Positions 60,468 to 64,000 of a stretch of DNA of 64,000 bases are shown here, piece by piece. Numbering within the stretch: the stretch's first letter is position 1; every line of letters begins with the position of its first letter. The notes beneath the pieces were generated by a model that worked only from the letters and a program-made list of their open reading frames with translations, was not told the origin of the DNA and ran no database searches. The position numbers and the translations under genes were made by a program. Source of the DNA: Squalus acanthias (lineage: Eukaryota); the NCBI GenBank assembly GCA_030390025.1, contig CM059431.1:127226001-127290000 (forward strand). The letters are read 5' to 3'.

Positions 60468-62548
60468 GGCTGCAATTTTGCCACGCTCAGAGGGCGGGTT
60501 TGGAGGCGGGTCAGAGGTTAAATTTGATTTGATTGACGGCAGGTTCCGAATCCGCCATCAACCTGCCTCCAAACAGCTTTTCCAAGTGTCCGGTCCCCGA
60601 TTTGCAAATGGATCCGACACCTAGTGGTGGGAAGTGGATTAACAGGTACTTGTCAGTAGTTTTCAGCCTGTTTTTCTATTTTCCTGCTTCTGGGTCGGGC
60701 TTCCCGATGTCCGGACACCACGCCAGGTAAGTGTGGCGTGTTGTGAGTCTGGTGTATTGTTTGTGAAAAGATGACAGCTGCAGAAGTGGTGTGAAGGATT
60801 CAATGTTGCACATGGTGGGCTGGATTTTGTCTTGGGGTTGGGTTGGGGTCGTGTAATCCGCATTTTGTGTTTCCCCCCCGACTTCAGATTAATGTGGATG
60901 CCTGATGCAATTTTCACTTAATTGGGCAATTGAGTTGCAGCATGTGGGAACCCATGAACTAATTAGTGGTTTCAGTCTGAAACCCGCCTCTGATGATGTC
61001 ATCATTGCTGACTGCCTGCTCTCAGAGAGTGTTGGTGAGAGAGGACCTGCCTGGCTTTTGATGTGAGTGGACCTGGACGCAAAAATGGGGGGGGGGGTAG
61101 GAAGGAAGGAGAGAGAGAGAGAGAGAGAGAGAATTTTTTTGCCAAGCAAGTCCTCCCCGGCAGTCTCTGAAGACCTTCAATGCAGCAGCATCAGCATCAG
61201 AGGCGACGTTCAGACCTAATGCTACTACTACTACCTTCATCACATCTCCGTTGTAATAGTGGACCTGCAGCCGATAGTCAGCTATCCACTTGTGCTCCTG
61301 CCAGGTTTCACTGGAGTGTTTCACACCAGGCGTGCTTCACGTCAGAAGAGGGTTAAACTAGCTACAGCGTTTCAAAATGGCATTACAGAGCCAATTTAGA
61401 GCTTGTTAAGGGCTTTAATGGCCTCTCCCGCCTCTTGAAGGTGGGACGGAGTCGGGAACCCCGTGACTGATTCTGTCAAAATTGCGTGGAGGCGGGATGG
61501 AGTCGGGATGGGGTCGGAAACCCCGACCCCGCATATTTAACCCCCCACACGCCTCCAAACCCGACTCCATGGGTCATTCAAAATCCAGCCCGAACTGTTT
61601 TTTGCATTGTTTCTGATGTGAGTGGACCTGGATATATATCAGAGAGAGAGAGAGAGAGAGAAACTTTTTGCATCCAAGTCCTCTTACACCAAATGCCATG
61701 ACATTGAATGTAGCAGTATCAGAGGCGACTTTCACACCTCATACTACTACTACCTTCATCACATCTCCGTTGTAATAGTGGACTTCCAGCCGATAGTCAG
61801 CTATCCATTTGTGCTCCCGCCAGGTTTCACTGGAGTGTTTCACACCAGGCGTGCTTCACGTCAGAAAAGGGTTAAACTAGCTACAACATTTCAAAATAGC
61901 ATTACAGACCCAATTTAGGGCGACTTATTTTGTCAAAATTGCGTGGAGGCGGGATGGAGGCGGGATGGGGTCGGAAACCCCGACCCCGCAAATTTAACCC
62001 GCCACACGCCTCCAAACCCGACTCCATGGGTCATTCAAAATCCAGCCCGGTGAGTTTCAGAGCAAAGAAAATATTGGTTACTGCATTTTTAAAACATTTA
62101 CAGATTTCTTTAGCTTACAAGTTTTTAAATCCAACTATATGTCCAGTGCCACCTCATTGGGAGAACCTCTCTCACCAGTGACAGATCGCTTCTGTCACCT
62201 CACCTGCAGCTGCCATGTATTCCAGCATATGGGGGGAGTCATTGGAGAGCCTGGGTGCAAGAGTTCACCTTTGTGCAGTGATTGTCAGTGTTTTCAGCAC
62301 CTCAATGCTGTCAAAAACTGAGAAATCAACTGTCAAAATAAAATTGTGCATGGTCCCTTTAAGGAAACTGGCAGATGACGTCATCAGACCCGCTTCCCGT
62401 TAATTGGCCAGCAAGCCCGCAGGGCGGGCTTAACAAGGTCAATCAAGGGAAAATTACGTCTGCGGAGCGGAGGCAGCTGGGGGCGGGACTGGAAGCCGGA
62501 AACAAGCTGTCCCGCACCCATCCCGACAACGCTGACAAAATCACGGTC
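60468..62548. mobile_element. Composite non-autonomous Harbinger-type element, TSD TTT
   Basis: ttt at 60465-60467 and 62549-62551 within CR1. TIRs ggctgcaattttg/caaaatcacggtc. Contains an internal duplication. Confidence 0.8.
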
Positions 62549-63269
62549 TTTGTGTCCTCCTCACAACTTGTTTTCCCACCTATCTTTGTATCATCAGCAA
62601 ATTTGGCTACAGTACACTCGGTCCCTTCATCAAGTCATTAATATAGTTGAGGCCTCAGCACTGATCCCTGTGGCACCCCACTAGTTATACTTTGCCAACC
62701 TGAAAATCACCCATTTATCCCGACTCTCTGTTTCCTGTTAGTTCGCCAATCCTCTATCCATGCTAATATATTATCCCCAACACCATGAGCTCTTATCTTG
62801 TGCAGTAACCTTTTATGTGGCACCTATCGAATGCCTTTTGAAAATCCAAATACACTACATCGACTGGTTCCCCTTTATCCATGCTACTCATTACATCCTC
62901 AAAGAACTCTAATATATTTGTCAAGCACGATTTCCCTTTTATAAAATCATGTTGACTCTGCTTGATTGTATTATGATTTTCTAAATACCCTGCTACTACT
63001 TCCTTAATAATGGATTCCAGCATTTTCCCTATAGTTTCCTGCTTTCTGTGTCCCTCCTTTCTTGAATAGGGGCGTAACATTTGCGGTTTTCCAATCCGCT
63101 GTGATCTTTACAGAATCTAGGGAATTTTGGAAGATTGCAACCAATGCATCCACTATCTCTGCAGCCACTTCTTTTAAGAGCCTAGGATGCAGGCCATCAG
63201 GTCCAGGGGACTTGTCAGCCTTTAGTTCCATTAGTTTGCCTAGTACTTTTTCTCTAGTGATAGTGATTT

Positions 63270-63890
63270 TTTTTTATTCGTTCATGGGATGTGGGCTTTG
63301 CTGGCAAGGCCAGCATTTATTGCCCATCCCTAGTTGCCCTTGAGAAGGTGGTGGTGAGCCACCGCCTTGAACAGCTGCAGTCCATGTGGTGAAGGTACTC
63401 CTACAGTGCTGTTAGGGAGGGAGTTCCAGGATTTTGACCCAGCGACGACGAAGGAATGGCGATATATTTCCAAGTCAGGATGGTGTGTGACTTGGAGAGG
63501 AACTTGCAGGTGGTGGTGTTCCAATGCACCTGCTGTCCTTGTCCTACTAGGTGGTAGAGGTCGTGGGTTTGGGAGGTGCTGCCAAAGAAGCTTTAGTGAG
63601 TTGCTGCAGTGCATCTTGTAGGTGGTACACACTGCAGCCACGGTACTGGTGGAGGGAGTGAACGTTTAAAGTGGTGGATGGGGTGCTAATCAAGCGGGCT
63701 GCTTTGTCTTGGATGGTGTCGAGCTTCTTGAGTGTTATTGGAGTTCCACTTATCCAGGCAAGTGGAGAGTATTCCATCACACTCCTGACTTGTGTTTCGT
63801 AGATGGTGGAAAGACTTTGGGGTGTCAGGAGGTGAGACACTCACCGCGGAATAACTAGCCTCTGACCTGCTCTTGTAGCCACAGTATTTA
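63270..63890 (-). mobile_element. LINE-A 3' fragment inserted in CR1
   Basis: ORFs 63330-63641 and 63547-63840, poly-T tail at ~63270, probable TSD tgatt. Confidence 0.88.
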
Positions 63891-63984
63891 TGATTGTTTT
63901 AAGTTCCTCCCTCCCTTTTTCCCCTTGATTTTCCACTATTATTGTGATGCTTTTTGTGTCTTCTACCGTGAAGACAGATACAAA

Positions 63985-64000
63985 GGCCGGAATCTTACCT
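63985..64000. mobile_element. Probable start of another Harbinger-type element (runs off window)
   Basis: CR1 homology stops at gatac-aaa and is followed by ggccggaatctt, a TIR-like motif. Only 16 bp are visible. Confidence 0.45.

Larger units (their letters stand above)
59582..63984 (-). mobile_element. CR1 LINE (RT to 3' tail) with nested insertions
   Basis: ORFs 63004-63231 (KSPGPDGLHPR), 62793-63080 (YLDFQKAFD) and 59690-60091. (acataaga)n tail. Confidence 0.92.

Overview
Eukaryotic, repeat-dense non-coding DNA, intronic or intergenic. The repeat spectrum suggests a cartilaginous fish such as a shark (inference). I recognise no intact host protein-coding gene, and nearly all long ORFs belong to decayed transposable elements. 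Contents: (i) many PIF/Harbinger transposons (HARBI1-like DDE transposase convergent with a 3-exon Myb/SANT-like gene) and their MITEs with 3-bp TSDs; (ii) CR1 LINE fragments; (iii) a near-full-length CR1-group LINE ('LINE-A') with a single EN-RT ORF; (iv) an RTE LINE with a 62-bp TSD; (v) Penelope-like elements carrying minimal hammerhead ribozymes; (vi) two diverged ~1.7-kb solo LTRs sharing a terminal tRNA-like hairpin with compensatory changes; (vii) a few TE-free islands with candidate regulatory or structured elements. The best candidate for an undescribed system is LINE-A (6476-10197). It has a tRNA-type Pol III A/B-box head, no ORF1, no in-frame AUG before the endonuclease, and no TTTT Pol III terminator on its ~3.3-kb sense strand. 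This pattern fits an autonomous LINE transcribed by RNA polymerase III. All coordinates were read by eye and no database searches were run.
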